In this document: positions 39,060-49,028 of the stretch, piece after piece
How the letters are laid out: each line of letters starts with the position of its first letter
Numbering within the stretch: position 1 is the stretch's first letter
Origin: a virus
Taxonomy: Duplodnaviria > Caudoviricetes
Length of the DNA: 59,967 bases
IMG/VR virus record: IMGVR_UViG_3300043410_001381
Location: 1-59,967 of that record
Reading direction: 5' to 3' (one strand)
Program-made: the position numbers and the translations under genes
Notes under the pieces: model-generated
Databases searched by the model: none
The model's input: the letters and a program-made list of their open reading frames with translations, nothing else
What the model was told of the DNA's origin: nothing

Positions 39060-40129
39060 TTTGGTTTCCTGTTCAAGTAAAAATCGCCGCCACAGTAATC
39101 CCATTTACAAATAGTGCCGGTTCTGTAAAGTACACCCAGTTTAATCAGTGCCTGTTTGTCAGTCACTAGATTAGTATATGGAACTTCTGGAGTACATGCC
39201 CTGATAAAGTTGGTCATGTGTATGCCACAATGGAATACATTGCCATCACCGTTGATTGTTATTGACTCTGTACCAGCAGCGCAATGCCATCCCCGTGCAT
39301 CAATGCCTTGCTTAAACAAGTCGTTAGTAGTGTAGATAGTACCGTCAATATCGTAACGCTGTTCTGTCTTGTTAAACTTCTTGTAGAACTCCATGTGCTT
39401 ATTAGCAATATCTTCAGGATACTCGTAGTGACAAAATCCGTAGATCATTTCACTATTAACGATTTTATCATACTCTAGATATTTTAAGATTCTTTCATAG
39501 AAATCATCTGAATCGATTTTGATTTCTCTACCAGCATAATACTTGTGATCACGCTCTACGTTTTCCAACATGATGTCGAAGTTATGTAGCTCTACTCCCT
39601 CGTCCATCAGGATTTGCCAGTTTCTATCAAAGTCTTTTAATTTGTTACGTACTAGCAATTCCAAGTAGTGGAAGCTCACGTTAAATGCATCACAGTGTTC
39701 AAGAATAGCTCGCAGCTTTTCTTCCTGGATGGTTAAGTTAGTCTGCATTTCGTTGTATGCACGAATGCCCAACTCTTCACCACGATCGTGGATGTATTTT
39801 AAAATGTCTACTACTCTAGGGTGGCGAGTTGCTTCACCACCGTGGTAGTAGAATAAAATTGATTTGAAGTTTTGCTTTTGACAGAATTCGAATAACTTGT
39901 CAATGCTAGTAATAATATCTTCGTAAGTATAGTGTTTGCCACTGTGCCAGTGACAGTAGTTGCATTTTAAATCGCAGGCTTCTGTAATTCGAAAGGTAAC
40001 TACGTATTCAGCATCTAATCCACTGTTGTCATTCAATACTAATGGAATGTAGTGCCGTTGTGGCTTAATTTGCCCAACTTGCATGTCTTCCTTTTTACGG
40101 ACGACTCTAATCCTTTCCCAATCTGCCAT
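39056..40129 (-). CDS. Radical SAM protein
   Basis: CDLKCNYC, GGEAT; C-terminal Cys (GWHC, FHC, CKWDYC). Confidence 0.92.
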   Translation of the reverse strand: MADWERIRVVRKKEDMQVGQIKPQRHYIPLVLNDNSGLDAEYVVTFRITEACDLKCNYCHWHSGKHYTYEDIITSIDKLFEFCQKQNFKSILFYYHGGEATRHPRVVDILKYIHDRGEELGIRAYNEMQTNLTIQEEKLRAILEHCDAFNVSFHYLELLVRNKLKDFDRNWQILMDEGVELHNFDIMLENVERDHKYYAGREIKIDSDDFYERILKYLEYDKIVNSEMIYGFCHYEYPEDIANKHMEFYKKFNKTEQRYDIDGTIYTTNDLFKQGIDARGWHCAAGTESITINGDGNVFHCGIHMTNFIRACTPEVPYTNLVTDKQALIKLGVLYRTGTICKWDYCGGDFYLNRKPK

Positions 40130-40150
40130 TATCCTAATCCTAAATAGTTC

Positions 40151-40963
40151 TTATTTTAACATAGCTTCTCGGCTACGGTCAATGAATCTGGTTAACTCAC
40201 GATAGTACTCATCGTCTGCCATTTCACGCCCAGTTATTTTAAAACTAGACACACCCATATCAAGCAATCGTTTCATAGCATCTGGTTTAATGTCCATACA
40301 TTCGTATTTGCTATCCCTGCTAGGATCAAATTTTGGCAACCAACACTCTTCTACTTCTTTGCTATATGGTCTACCAGCAGTATTCTCATCGGCGATTGCC
40401 TTGAAATGTTGGTCCCAGTATTTGCAGCCCCAGATGCAAGTATCGTTTAACATTACTTCCCACTTTGAATGATCTAGCTCATTAGCACGTGGATCAAATA
40501 TGTGTTCAAATCTAGGAACAATCCAATCATACTTGCTCTCTAAATCCTTGTAGAAAGCAATATCGTTGTCTTGCATAGGTATGTTTGTTAAGCCCAACCC
40601 AGTAATACTGTAAATTAAATCATACTTGGGGAAGTTGTCACGCACGTATTGACGCAACTGGTCATTAACAATAATAAGTGCATTTCCTTCCCTGTGAAAC
40701 TTTTCTAGCAAGTCATTGCCAAGTGGATCAGTGAGGTCAATCTTATGATTGCTAAAAGTAAGTGCAATGCTTACACCCTTGTTATAATAGTATTCAATCA
40801 ACCCACTATTATAAAACACATCGCGGTTGATACGCCCGCCGTTCCAACGGCATTTGTTGATGCCATCGTATACAACAATTTGTGTATTATCAACTTTATT
40901 CAAACTTAAAAATTTGATAATTGGTAGCGATTTACTAAATGCGCCTGCTATTAAGTATCTCAT
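40151..40963 (-). CDS. U32-family-like Fe-S protein
   Basis: WNGGRINR, NDTCIWGC, EECW, FKITGRE. Confidence 0.65.
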   Translation of the reverse strand: MRYLIAGAFSKSLPIIKFLSLNKVDNTQIVVYDGINKCRWNGGRINRDVFYNSGLIEYYYNKGVSIALTFSNHKIDLTDPLGNDLLEKFHREGNALIIVNDQLRQYVRDNFPKYDLIYSITGLGLTNIPMQDNDIAFYKDLESKYDWIVPRFEHIFDPRANELDHSKWEVMLNDTCIWGCKYWDQHFKAIADENTAGRPYSKEVEECWLPKFDPSRDSKYECMDIKPDAMKRLLDMGVSSFKITGREMADDEYYRELTRFIDRSREAMLK

Positions 40964-41406
40964 TTCTTCTTCTTTAAAATATGATCTTCCATCGTTGATA
41001 ATACTAACCCACGTTTAATTGGGTTTAAATTTAATGTACCATAACGACTAAAATGCGTGTCTTTAATGCGGTCAAAGATATAATTTACTAATATCTTTTC
41101 CCTGTCCTTGTCTACACCAACGTATTTTATAATGTTATATGCTATTGCTAAATCACTGGTGTGTTGCTCAGTTTTATTCATAACATATTTTTCAAAGTCT
41201 TTATAGATGCGTTCTCTCTGACTTGCATGAAAATATGTTCTGTAATTTAATGCCATTTGTTTGAATACGTTGATGCCCATTTGCTTAACAATGTCGCGTC
41301 TATTTGCAACCAGATAATCAAACGATTCTTTGGCTGTTAAGTTACTTGTTTCAATGTAGTCTTCTAATAACTGGTTCACATTAAAAAGCATTTGTTTTTT
41401 GGACAA
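40960..41406 (-). CDS. Hypothetical protein
   Basis: ORF within coupled operon; start uncertain. Confidence 0.6.
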   Translation of the reverse strand: MSKKQMLFNVNQLLEDYIETSNLTAKESFDYLVANRRDIVKQMGINVFKQMALNYRTYFHASQRERIYKDFEKYVMNKTEQHTSDLAIAYNIIKYVGVDKDREKILVNYIFDRIKDTHFSRYGTLNLNPIKRGLVLSTMEDHILKKKK

Positions 41407-42131
41407 ATACCGTCAGTTTTAATTCTATAGCAACAATTATACAACTCTAAATTAGGACCGTAAAGGAAGTACTTGTCTTTGTATAGACATGGTTTACCTT
41501 TTGTGCTAAATGCAATGTTAGCCCATAGCTCTGACCTAGACTGTCCCAATCTCTTCTCATCTTCAAACTGTACAACTTTGTTAATGTTGGGGTCGTTTTT
41601 AAGTTGATTAAACTTGTGTAATATGTTGTCACTAACACCATCACCAAAGTCTGTAATAGGCGTCATGTATACATGCTTGCTACCAGTCATCTCTTTTACT
41701 TTGAAGTAATAGTAAAGCGCATTTTCTTGGCTATACATGATGTCGTATCTGCGTACATTGTTGTGTGGCGACTGAAAGACTTCGTTCATTTCGTCAATTG
41801 ACATCTCACTTGGGTGTATGCTTGCTTGCATTGTAAATGGCTGCTTAATACCCCTAATGACTTTTGCGCTGTAAGAGCTCAAGTTGGTCTGAATAACAAA
41901 TGGAACATTAAGCTCATTAAAACACTGTATGATATATTCAATATCTGGATGCACAAATGGCTCACCACCAAATACAAACACTTCTACGCCTGGGTACGTT
42001 TCCCCCAGCATCTTTACAAAGTTGCGTATAGTTTCTCTATCCAAGTTAGGATGGATACTTTTGTCCAAGTTAGTGCAATAGTTGCAACTATAATTGCACT
42101 TCATAGTTACTTCCCACTCAACTTGCATCAC
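41376..42131 (-). CDS. Radical SAM protein
   Basis: CNYSCNYC, GGEP; C-terminal Cys cluster. Confidence 0.92.
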   Translation of the reverse strand: MMQVEWEVTMKCNYSCNYCTNLDKSIHPNLDRETIRNFVKMLGETYPGVEVFVFGGEPFVHPDIEYIIQCFNELNVPFVIQTNLSSYSAKVIRGIKQPFTMQASIHPSEMSIDEMNEVFQSPHNNVRRYDIMYSQENALYYYFKVKEMTGSKHVYMTPITDFGDGVSDNILHKFNQLKNDPNINKVVQFEDEKRLGQSRSELWANIAFSTKGKPCLYKDKYFLYGPNLELYNCCYRIKTDGICPKNKCFLM

Positions 42132-43017
42132 GCACCTTTAATTGTTTTAGTAGTCCATCACAGTTGCATGAATTGTGTGGGCATGTCATTGGTACAGTGC
42201 TTGTAATGTCTTTAAAGAAGTCTGGATTCTCTAGTAAACTAGCTCTGCTGTTATCCAAGCAAAATTTAATAACTCTACCGTCAACATCAACTTCATAGTT
42301 GTTGTTATAGCAACTCCAGCCCTGGAAGTTAGTCAGCTTCTCTGAGAAGATTTCGTAATCATTCTTTAAATCTGTATCGTACACTAGTTCCTTTTCTCTA
42401 TCCTTTAAGAAAGCAAAGTATTCCCAGAAGTCTTTGCGATAGTGGAATAGTGTATGTACGTTCTTGCCGTAGATGAAATGCGGGTGTACTTTTACACCCA
42501 TTGCATCACACTTCTCAATCATGTCTTTAATTAATGGCCAATACTGCTTGCCGTGGTGTAGCATTACGTTGACCTTTACTTGCCAACCTTTATCATGTAC
42601 GTGTTTTAGGTTACGTAAGAACTTATTGACATCAGTACAATCAGCTGGATGGTAACTGAACAAGAATGCAAGACCTTTGTATTCAGGATGACTAGTTAAA
42701 TCGCGCTCTGCGTTAGTAACCACATATACTTTATTAAAGTTATCCATTGTTACCAAGTTGTCTAGCACATAGAAATAATGCGGGCTTAGTGTTGGCTCTC
42801 CACCCAATAGCCCTAGATTAAACGACAAGCTGGATCTACGCAATGATTCAATGACACCGTCTACCACATCACGCTTGCTTAACTTACCCCACTTCTCACC
42901 GTATTCGTTGCGAGCGTAACAGTATGAGCAGTTGAGTTGGCAAACCGTGAGCAAGTCCCAGTGTATATTAATATGATCTGGATCTTGATGTATATGGTGC
43001 TGTCTGCTGTAGTTCAT
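42118..43017 (-). CDS. Radical SAM protein
   Basis: CQLNCSYC, GGEPT; GWSC...FC...CPHNSCNC. Confidence 0.92.
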   Translation of the reverse strand: MNYSRQHHIHQDPDHINIHWDLLTVCQLNCSYCYARNEYGEKWGKLSKRDVVDGVIESLRRSSLSFNLGLLGGEPTLSPHYFYVLDNLVTMDNFNKVYVVTNAERDLTSHPEYKGLAFLFSYHPADCTDVNKFLRNLKHVHDKGWQVKVNVMLHHGKQYWPLIKDMIEKCDAMGVKVHPHFIYGKNVHTLFHYRKDFWEYFAFLKDREKELVYDTDLKNDYEIFSEKLTNFQGWSCYNNNYEVDVDGRVIKFCLDNSRASLLENPDFFKDITSTVPMTCPHNSCNCDGLLKQLKVRDAS

Positions 43018-44582
43018 TTTGTTTTGTAGAAGTTAATCAACCGTTTACTTGGGCACTGCTCTTGAGGGCATCGCTCAGTGACTACTAAATTCTGATGATT
43101 CAGCTGCAATGGCACTCGTCTACTAGTACACGTATTTTCTATATTACCATTCATTTGAATTTGGTAAGATTTTGGTGTACAGTTATAGCCCTTTAGCTTA
43201 TTTAATCCTGCAGATTCTATCTCGTAGTCTTTCAGATTCTCTATTGTTCCGTCAGTGTACACAACTGGAATATCTTTGAAGAAGTCGCGACCAGAACGAT
43301 TTTTACCAGTAGCTGACAGCAGTTCACCAAACTCTTTAAAAAAGTTATCGCCGTAGTTTGGTTTATAGTGCTTTGTGCGTGAAAGCAAACATGGTTTGTA
43401 TTTGACACCATGCTCACGTAATACGCTGATTAGCAATTTAGTCTGTTCCCAGAACTCAGCTCTATCTGATATAGTTACGTGTACTGAAAAATTCAAAGTA
43501 TCTTTTAGCGCAATGCATTTCTCAGTAAACTTGTCTGTAGCATATTCAGGGTGGTATGATGCAAATAGTGTAATCTTATTAGAACCAATTTGCACTAGCG
43601 GCTCATAAAAACTCACTGGTCTAGAATTATTTGTGAATATAGATATATCCTGCGAATTATTCATTGCACACAACTCTGATACAATCTCTACAATGTTAGG
43701 ATGCAGCGTTGGCTCACCCCCAGTAATACACATATTAAACTGATACGGCACTTGCTTTAATTTAGCCAGTGTAAACTTATATTGTGTAGTATGATTGTCT
43801 GTCTTAAAGTCAGTTGATAAGTCGTCAATTACTGGGCAATATGTACACTTGTAATTGCACCAGTTAGTTAATGGCCAATCGAAGAATATAGTATCATCAG
43901 ATTGGTCTCCCATGCTTTGTACTACTTTGTACTTTCGCATAAAATCCATTGACTTGGTCACTTCCACGGATGGATCAGTGTCGCTAAATGACACATTATC
44001 ACCACCATCTTTAGTTTGGTAGAAGAAAACTTTCTTGTGTGTCTGAATGCTATTACATCTACGCAACGAAAACATCATTAAGTTGATGTCGTTGTGTACG
44101 TTGTTGTCCATGGGAAAGTCAAACCCAGCGATAATATCACGTCTAAAGATAAACTGTGAAAGCTGGAGGTGCTCTAGATTCACTTGTTTGTAGAATTCGT
44201 CACGATCGTAATACAGCTGATCAATGTATTGCTTCAAGTACTCCATTGGATTCACGTCATACTTGGGATAGTAGTTACCTACAATCATGTCAGCTTGACG
44301 ATCCATTTCTAGGAAACCATTAGCCAAGTAATCGTCATCTTCTAAGAAGTAAACGTAGTAGCCAGATGCCCTGTTTAGTAGTGACTGATAAACTTGACTC
44401 ATGTTGTCAAATTTGTCGTAGTAATACGTTACTTGTGGGTGTGGAATCTCAGTAATATCGTTACTGTCATTGTTGACAATAATCTCCACGTCAGCAGGCA
44501 AATCCTTTAACACAGAATTTAAGCATCGTGTAAAAAGGTGTGGTCTGTTATGCGTTGGTATTAGTATGCTTAGTCCTGGCAT
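43014..44582 (-). CDS. GT2 glycosyltransferase-radical SAM fusion
   Basis: SILIPTHNR, FLEDDD; then CNYKCTYC, GGEPT. Confidence 0.9.
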   Translation of the reverse strand: MPGLSILIPTHNRPHLFTRCLNSVLKDLPADVEIIVNNDSNDITEIPHPQVTYYYDKFDNMSQVYQSLLNRASGYYVYFLEDDDYLANGFLEMDRQADMIVGNYYPKYDVNPMEYLKQYIDQLYYDRDEFYKQVNLEHLQLSQFIFRRDIIAGFDFPMDNNVHNDINLMMFSLRRCNSIQTHKKVFFYQTKDGGDNVSFSDTDPSVEVTKSMDFMRKYKVVQSMGDQSDDTIFFDWPLTNWCNYKCTYCPVIDDLSTDFKTDNHTTQYKFTLAKLKQVPYQFNMCITGGEPTLHPNIVEIVSELCAMNNSQDISIFTNNSRPVSFYEPLVQIGSNKITLFASYHPEYATDKFTEKCIALKDTLNFSVHVTISDRAEFWEQTKLLISVLREHGVKYKPCLLSRTKHYKPNYGDNFFKEFGELLSATGKNRSGRDFFKDIPVVYTDGTIENLKDYEIESAGLNKLKGYNCTPKSYQIQMNGNIENTCTSRRVPLQLNHQNLVVTERCPQEQCPSKRLINFYKTK

Positions 44583-45640
44583 CGATAAAAGTTCACTTGT
44601 TTAATTTTATCACCAGGTTCTGGAAATACAGGTGTTGAACCAGCAACTTCCTTTTCAACACCGTCACAGATGTAAAAGTGTTTGCATGTTAGACACGTTA
44701 ATTGCTTTTGGTAGAATCTATTACGATATGAATCACATGCATTGTATGCATTTTGTACTTTCTCTTCGTACGTGTATTGTTTGTCTACGTCTAAAACGTA
44801 GGTGTACATTTCTTTGTTCCAGTCACGCACGTCATAAATGTTCTGGAACGCACCAGATACATATTTCTCGTACCCTTTCATATAGCAGTAAGGTGTGTAG
44901 CGTACATTGATTTTAATCGCAGGATTCATCTTGTCTACACATGCCTTGATGGCATCTGTCATGTCTTTGTAACTGGCATTCTCAAACTCAATTACGTTGA
45001 AATCTCCCCAGTAGTTTAAACTGATGAAGTTTGCCTCTTCAGGCATAATTGAGTTGATTAACTCTGCGTGTATTGGTAACTCATGGTAGTTTCTGTAATA
45101 CACTGTTGTATTAGTGCGTACAATCATGCCTAGCTCTTGAGCATTGGCAATGCCCTTTAAGATGCGATCAAACGAGCCCTTGCGTCCCGTGATAGCATCG
45201 TGTACTTCTGCTGTGGCACCATGCAAGCTGAATAGTATCTCACGGAGGCCATGCTCGTATGATTCACGAGCAAAGTCCATATTGGCAAACTTGCCACCGT
45301 GGCTTAGGCAACTAATGCTAGTGAACTTGTCACGACAGTAGTCTAGTATTTTAAACCAGTCTGGGCTTACGCTACTTTCACCACCACTTAGATCAACTTC
45401 AGTAATTCCGTATTTTACCAAATAGTCAATACGTTCCTTGACAGTTTCCCATGGTGTTTTAACATCCAACTGATCCTTGTAATAACAGAACTCGCAATCG
45501 TAGTTACAAAACGTACCAGTGTCTAATCTAGCTCTGTTGCTTTTGGGTGTAACTAAATCAAGCTCAAGCCCAGCCACACTCATCTCATTGATTGACGTTT
45601 GTGCTTTGTTTCTAAATTGTACTGGGACTGCTTTAGTCAC
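44570..45640 (-). CDS. Radical SAM protein (HxsC-like C-terminus)
   Basis: CNYDCEFC, SGGE, PYC, CLTCKHFYICDG. Confidence 0.9.
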   Translation of the reverse strand: MTKAVPVQFRNKAQTSINEMSVAGLELDLVTPKSNRARLDTGTFCNYDCEFCYYKDQLDVKTPWETVKERIDYLVKYGITEVDLSGGESSVSPDWFKILDYCRDKFTSISCLSHGGKFANMDFARESYEHGLREILFSLHGATAEVHDAITGRKGSFDRILKGIANAQELGMIVRTNTTVYYRNYHELPIHAELINSIMPEEANFISLNYWGDFNVIEFENASYKDMTDAIKACVDKMNPAIKINVRYTPYCYMKGYEKYVSGAFQNIYDVRDWNKEMYTYVLDVDKQYTYEEKVQNAYNACDSYRNRFYQKQLTCLTCKHFYICDGVEKEVAGSTPVFPEPGDKIKQVNFYRCQD

Positions 45641-46565
45641 TGATATATTTCCTTACATAACTTACAAAGAAGTCATCCTTAGTTAGAAGCAAATCGTTTA
45701 CATCTTTCTCTATTGCTACCTGTCTGCATCGTACACCAGGATCAACATAGTCGATTTCATATATTACTTCTTTACCAAAAACAGCACACTCAACAATAAA
45801 ACGTGGACTGCAATCTGCTTTTAATGGCGTAGCTGTATATATGTAGGTGTCAAAGCAATCAAAAATATTATTGACTGGTGCCTTAACTATTGATACTTTA
45901 TCTGATGCAAGAGCTTCATATACATCAGTAAAATTTGTTACTATAGTATAACGTTCAAACGAGTGTTTGTCAATTAATAGTTGTATGTCTTCAACTGGCA
46001 AAGCTCTGCAATTTGTAGTTAGATAAAACATTGCAGTGTTAGTTTTGATACCTTTTGGTTGGATGTATTTTGTCCACAGTATCTTTTTAACGTAATCGAT
46101 AACTTCAATGTCTAACTCTTCAAAACGCTCAGGATACAAGTTGAAGTCCTGCATCAAGTGGGCACGTTTGATTGTCTTATGCCCGTGAAAGCGTTCAAAC
46201 TCTGTTTCGCTGCATCGTAGTAAGAATATGTTGTCAGTGTATATGATGCAACTTTTAAAGCGCCAGCTGCCGTCTACAACACAGATATTCTTTGCCATTA
46301 GGATACGTGGACTATCAACAGCATACGTATTGTCCATCATGTGATCCAACTCTGCATTAGTAAAACTGTATTTGTCAGTGACAGCTTTCTTTAACAACTC
46401 TTTTGATGTACCATCACTTAAGAATATAGCTGACTTGATTCCACTGGTTGAGCAAATGTAAAAATAGTCAATCATTTCGTACAAATGCCCGCTAATTCCA
46501 TGCGGGCATTCAAAAGACGAAGTGAAGACGAGATCGTAAGATTTTAAGTCAACAATTTTTGACAT
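45633..46565 (-). CDS. Hypothetical protein, possibly glycosyltransferase-like
   Basis: FDTYIYT...SPRFIVECAVFGKEV resembles GT-B C-terminal motif. Confidence 0.5.
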   Translation of the reverse strand: MSKIVDLKSYDLVFTSSFECPHGISGHLYEMIDYFYICSTSGIKSAIFLSDGTSKELLKKAVTDKYSFTNAELDHMMDNTYAVDSPRILMAKNICVVDGSWRFKSCIIYTDNIFLLRCSETEFERFHGHKTIKRAHLMQDFNLYPERFEELDIEVIDYVKKILWTKYIQPKGIKTNTAMFYLTTNCRALPVEDIQLLIDKHSFERYTIVTNFTDVYEALASDKVSIVKAPVNNIFDCFDTYIYTATPLKADCSPRFIVECAVFGKEVIYEIDYVDPGVRCRQVAIEKDVNDLLLTKDDFFVSYVRKYISD

Positions 46566-46568
46566 CTA

Positions 46569-47549
46569 TCATGCCTTTGGGGCCATGACTTCTGCTCTAG
46601 TCATTTTGCTATAACCTAATGCTCCAAAGATGTCTTTAGGTAGCTTGTCGCTTTGACCAGCTATACCTGCATCATCACAGAATTCGTGCCACAATGCTAG
46701 TCTATCGTCGCCAATAAGACCCAAGTTAAGATGGTCTACTTCAAACTCAGTAATCCAGTCGTTATATGGAGTGTGTTCTCTTGGTAGAGTGATATCAGTG
46801 CTATCAATAGTGATAGTTTCACCAGCAAGGATATCTTCAAATTTGATAGTTGTTACTTCATCAAATCGTTTTAGGTTTACACAGTTAACAGTACTCTGCA
46901 CAAGTTTCTTTTCATCAATTTGTGCGTTTAATGGTGCTTTTACTGCGTATACTTCAGGAGTGCGCTCATGTAACAATGCTACAACTGTAGGATTGCGGAT
47001 GATGTTAAACACCTGTACATTCTCTGCACCAATGTCTTTTTTAATTTCATCGATAAAGGTTTTACCAAAACTACCTGTAATAACGTGGATTGGGAACTTG
47101 CTATTTCTGTAATTGTTCAACACGTCATCGTATGTGTGTGGATGTAGCAATTGCTTTGGCTTTTCTTCCCACTCATAACCAGGCTCTGATCTGATACCAA
47201 AGTCGTTCTCAATGTCGGTGAAGAAATTTTGAAAGTGGTTATCCCTGACGCCTGTCAATAATATATCAGTATAATATTTCTCAGCTTCGTCTAGGATCTG
47301 ATGTCCGTGGTCATTCTTAATGCCTTCTTTGTCTTCATGAATTAGAAGAGTATTAACGCCAGGTTCAGTATCTGAGCCAGAACGATAAACAACTTCACCA
47401 GCTGGGTCATACACTTGATATGGATGAACTTTAAAGTCCATAGAATACCCGTCTGATAGATCAAATCTAGGAATTAGTTTTGAAAGAATATGCCTTGCAA
47501 AAAACTTCTTGTGAATTGTCTCAGCACCACTTAAAATTACTAACATCAA
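46569..47549 (-). CDS. Hypothetical protein (possible degenerate sulfotransferase/P-loop fold)
   Basis: NIIRNP and IKFEDI resemble sulfotransferase motifs. Confidence 0.5.
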   Translation of the reverse strand: MMLVILSGAETIHKKFFARHILSKLIPRFDLSDGYSMDFKVHPYQVYDPAGEVVYRSGSDTEPGVNTLLIHEDKEGIKNDHGHQILDEAEKYYTDILLTGVRDNHFQNFFTDIENDFGIRSEPGYEWEEKPKQLLHPHTYDDVLNNYRNSKFPIHVITGSFGKTFIDEIKKDIGAENVQVFNIIRNPTVVALLHERTPEVYAVKAPLNAQIDEKKLVQSTVNCVNLKRFDEVTTIKFEDILAGETITIDSTDITLPREHTPYNDWITEFEVDHLNLGLIGDDRLALWHEFCDDAGIAGQSDKLPKDIFGALGYSKMTRAEVMAPKA

Positions 47550-47948
47550 TTATCTCCTAAGATACGATTCCACGATTGAATTAACCGCAGCTTCATCATT
47601 TAGGTTACTTAACATACGTAACTTGTTAATGATATCACTGTACTCAGTTTTCTGAGATTCAATTACTTTGATACTGTCTCTTAATTCAATATATTTTTCT
47701 AAGTCATTGATTAAACTTTCATCACCTGACTCGATTATCTTGATGTAACCTTCTTCTTTGGTATCATCAGTGATAATAATTCCCTTGTTGAGAAATTTGT
47801 TATTGATCATGATATAAGAAACAAAATCAACTAATTTAAAAATTAGTAAATCGTCACCCATAACTCCACGTGCTTTAGTCTTAACTGCCATGGCAGCTTT
47901 GCCTGCATATGAACTTGCGTCAATACCTTCAATCTCTTTATAATCCAT
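47550..47948 (-). CDS. Hypothetical protein
   Basis: Coupled directly downstream of the Cys-repeat gene. Confidence 0.65.
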   Translation of the reverse strand: MDYKEIEGIDASSYAGKAAMAVKTKARGVMGDDLLIFKLVDFVSYIMINNKFLNKGIIITDDTKEEGYIKIIESGDESLINDLEKYIELRDSIKVIESQKTEYSDIINKLRMLSNLNDEAAVNSIVESYLRR

Positions 47949-47949
47949 T

Positions 47950-48648
47950 TTATGCCTCTGTCATGTTAACTGGTAATTGTGAATAGTCTACATAGTAGAA
48001 ACCATTCTTATCGAGTCCAAGTGCGGACTCATACTTGGTGCCAATTAACTCTTGAGCTAGTACACCAATGTATGTTTTTGCCTTATTCCAGATATATGAA
48101 TATGAATACACATTCAATCCATCTCTGGTTTCGACTAGTGTAATGTTTGCCTTCAATCTTTCATCGCTGTAGTTACAGTTACAAGTACATGAGTAGTTAC
48201 AGTTACAAGTACAGTAGTTACAATTACATGTGCAATAGTTACAGTTACAAGTACATACTTGACCAGCAGAAACGATTGACGAAATTAGGTTATTGATTGC
48301 GCTCGCAGTAATCAATGCACCTGCACCAACATCAGGTGGAACAGCAGGGGCTCCTACTTGTGGGTATGTGATAACATCAACAGTACCATTATTATTGTAA
48401 GCCTGTGTTGTTCCTGGACCTGCAACTGATAACAATGATGTAAATGTGTTATAGTCAAGGTGGTTAATTGGTGATGATAATGAGTATGGGTAGCTTGATG
48501 AACCGCGTCTAACTCGTTCAGAATTAATGTTATTCAATAATTCGTTGAACTTGTTAGCATTGATCATTCCGCCACTGCTTACTGCACCAATACTGTATGT
48601 TACAGCATTTGATGAGTTTGACCCATATACCCCTGTTCCTAATGCCAT
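47950..48648 (-). CDS. Cys-repeat fibre-like protein with C-terminal S74 intramolecular chaperone
   Basis: (CTCNCNY)x4 then SDERLKANI...GVLAQE...VDY; AGGAG SD. Confidence 0.85.
   Translation of the reverse strand: MALGTGVYGSNSSNAVTYSIGAVSSGGMINANKFNELLNNINSERVRRGSSSYPYSLSSPINHLDYNTFTSLLSVAGPGTTQAYNNNGTVDVITYPQVGAPAVPPDVGAGALITASAINNLISSIVSAGQVCTCNCNYCTCNCNYCTCNCNYSCTCNCNYSDERLKANITLVETRDGLNVYSYSYIWNKAKTYIGVLAQELIGTKYESALGLDKNGFYYVDYSQLPVNMTEA
48169..48255 (-). repeat. Four CTCNCNY coding repeats (12 Cys in 29 aa)
   Basis: About 21-nt unit GTAGTTACAGTTACAAGTACA on plus strand with synonymous variation. Confidence 0.95.
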
Positions 48649-48657
48649 GTTCGCTCC

Positions 48658-49026
48658 TTATATTGACTTAGATAAAAAGTCTAAATCACTCTTTGCTTTA
48701 TTTTGTGCAACAAACTTTTCATAGTCATCTAGATCAGATGTGATGAAATCCAGAGTATTTTGGTCTGGTGCTTTGTCGCTTTCAGTGTTATCGCCCTGCA
48801 TAGCTGCCATGACTAAGTCTTTGATTGAAACATTCAAAACTTTGGAAACTATCTCTAAGTGTTCTGAAATGTCAATGTCTTTTCTTGCACCGTTTTTAGA
48901 TACAGTGTCAATTAAGTTCAATGATAATCCGAACCCCTCTACTAAAATAGCTGCCATACCTGGATCTTCTGATTCGATCTCTTTGATGGTTTGTGCTATT
49001 AAGTTTAGTTTATCGATTACACTCAT
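48658..49026 (-). CDS. Hypothetical protein
   Basis: ORF between radical SAM gene and Cys-repeat gene. Confidence 0.65.
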   Translation of the reverse strand: MSVIDKLNLIAQTIKEIESEDPGMAAILVEGFGLSLNLIDTVSKNGARKDIDISEHLEIVSKVLNVSIKDLVMAAMQGDNTESDKAPDQNTLDFITSDLDDYEKFVAQNKAKSDLDFLSKSI

Positions 49027-49028
49027 TT

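Noticed and set aside
48169-48255. Repeat as CRISPR array or non-coding VNTR
   Set aside because: No spacers; in frame with synonymous variation, so it is a coding repeat.
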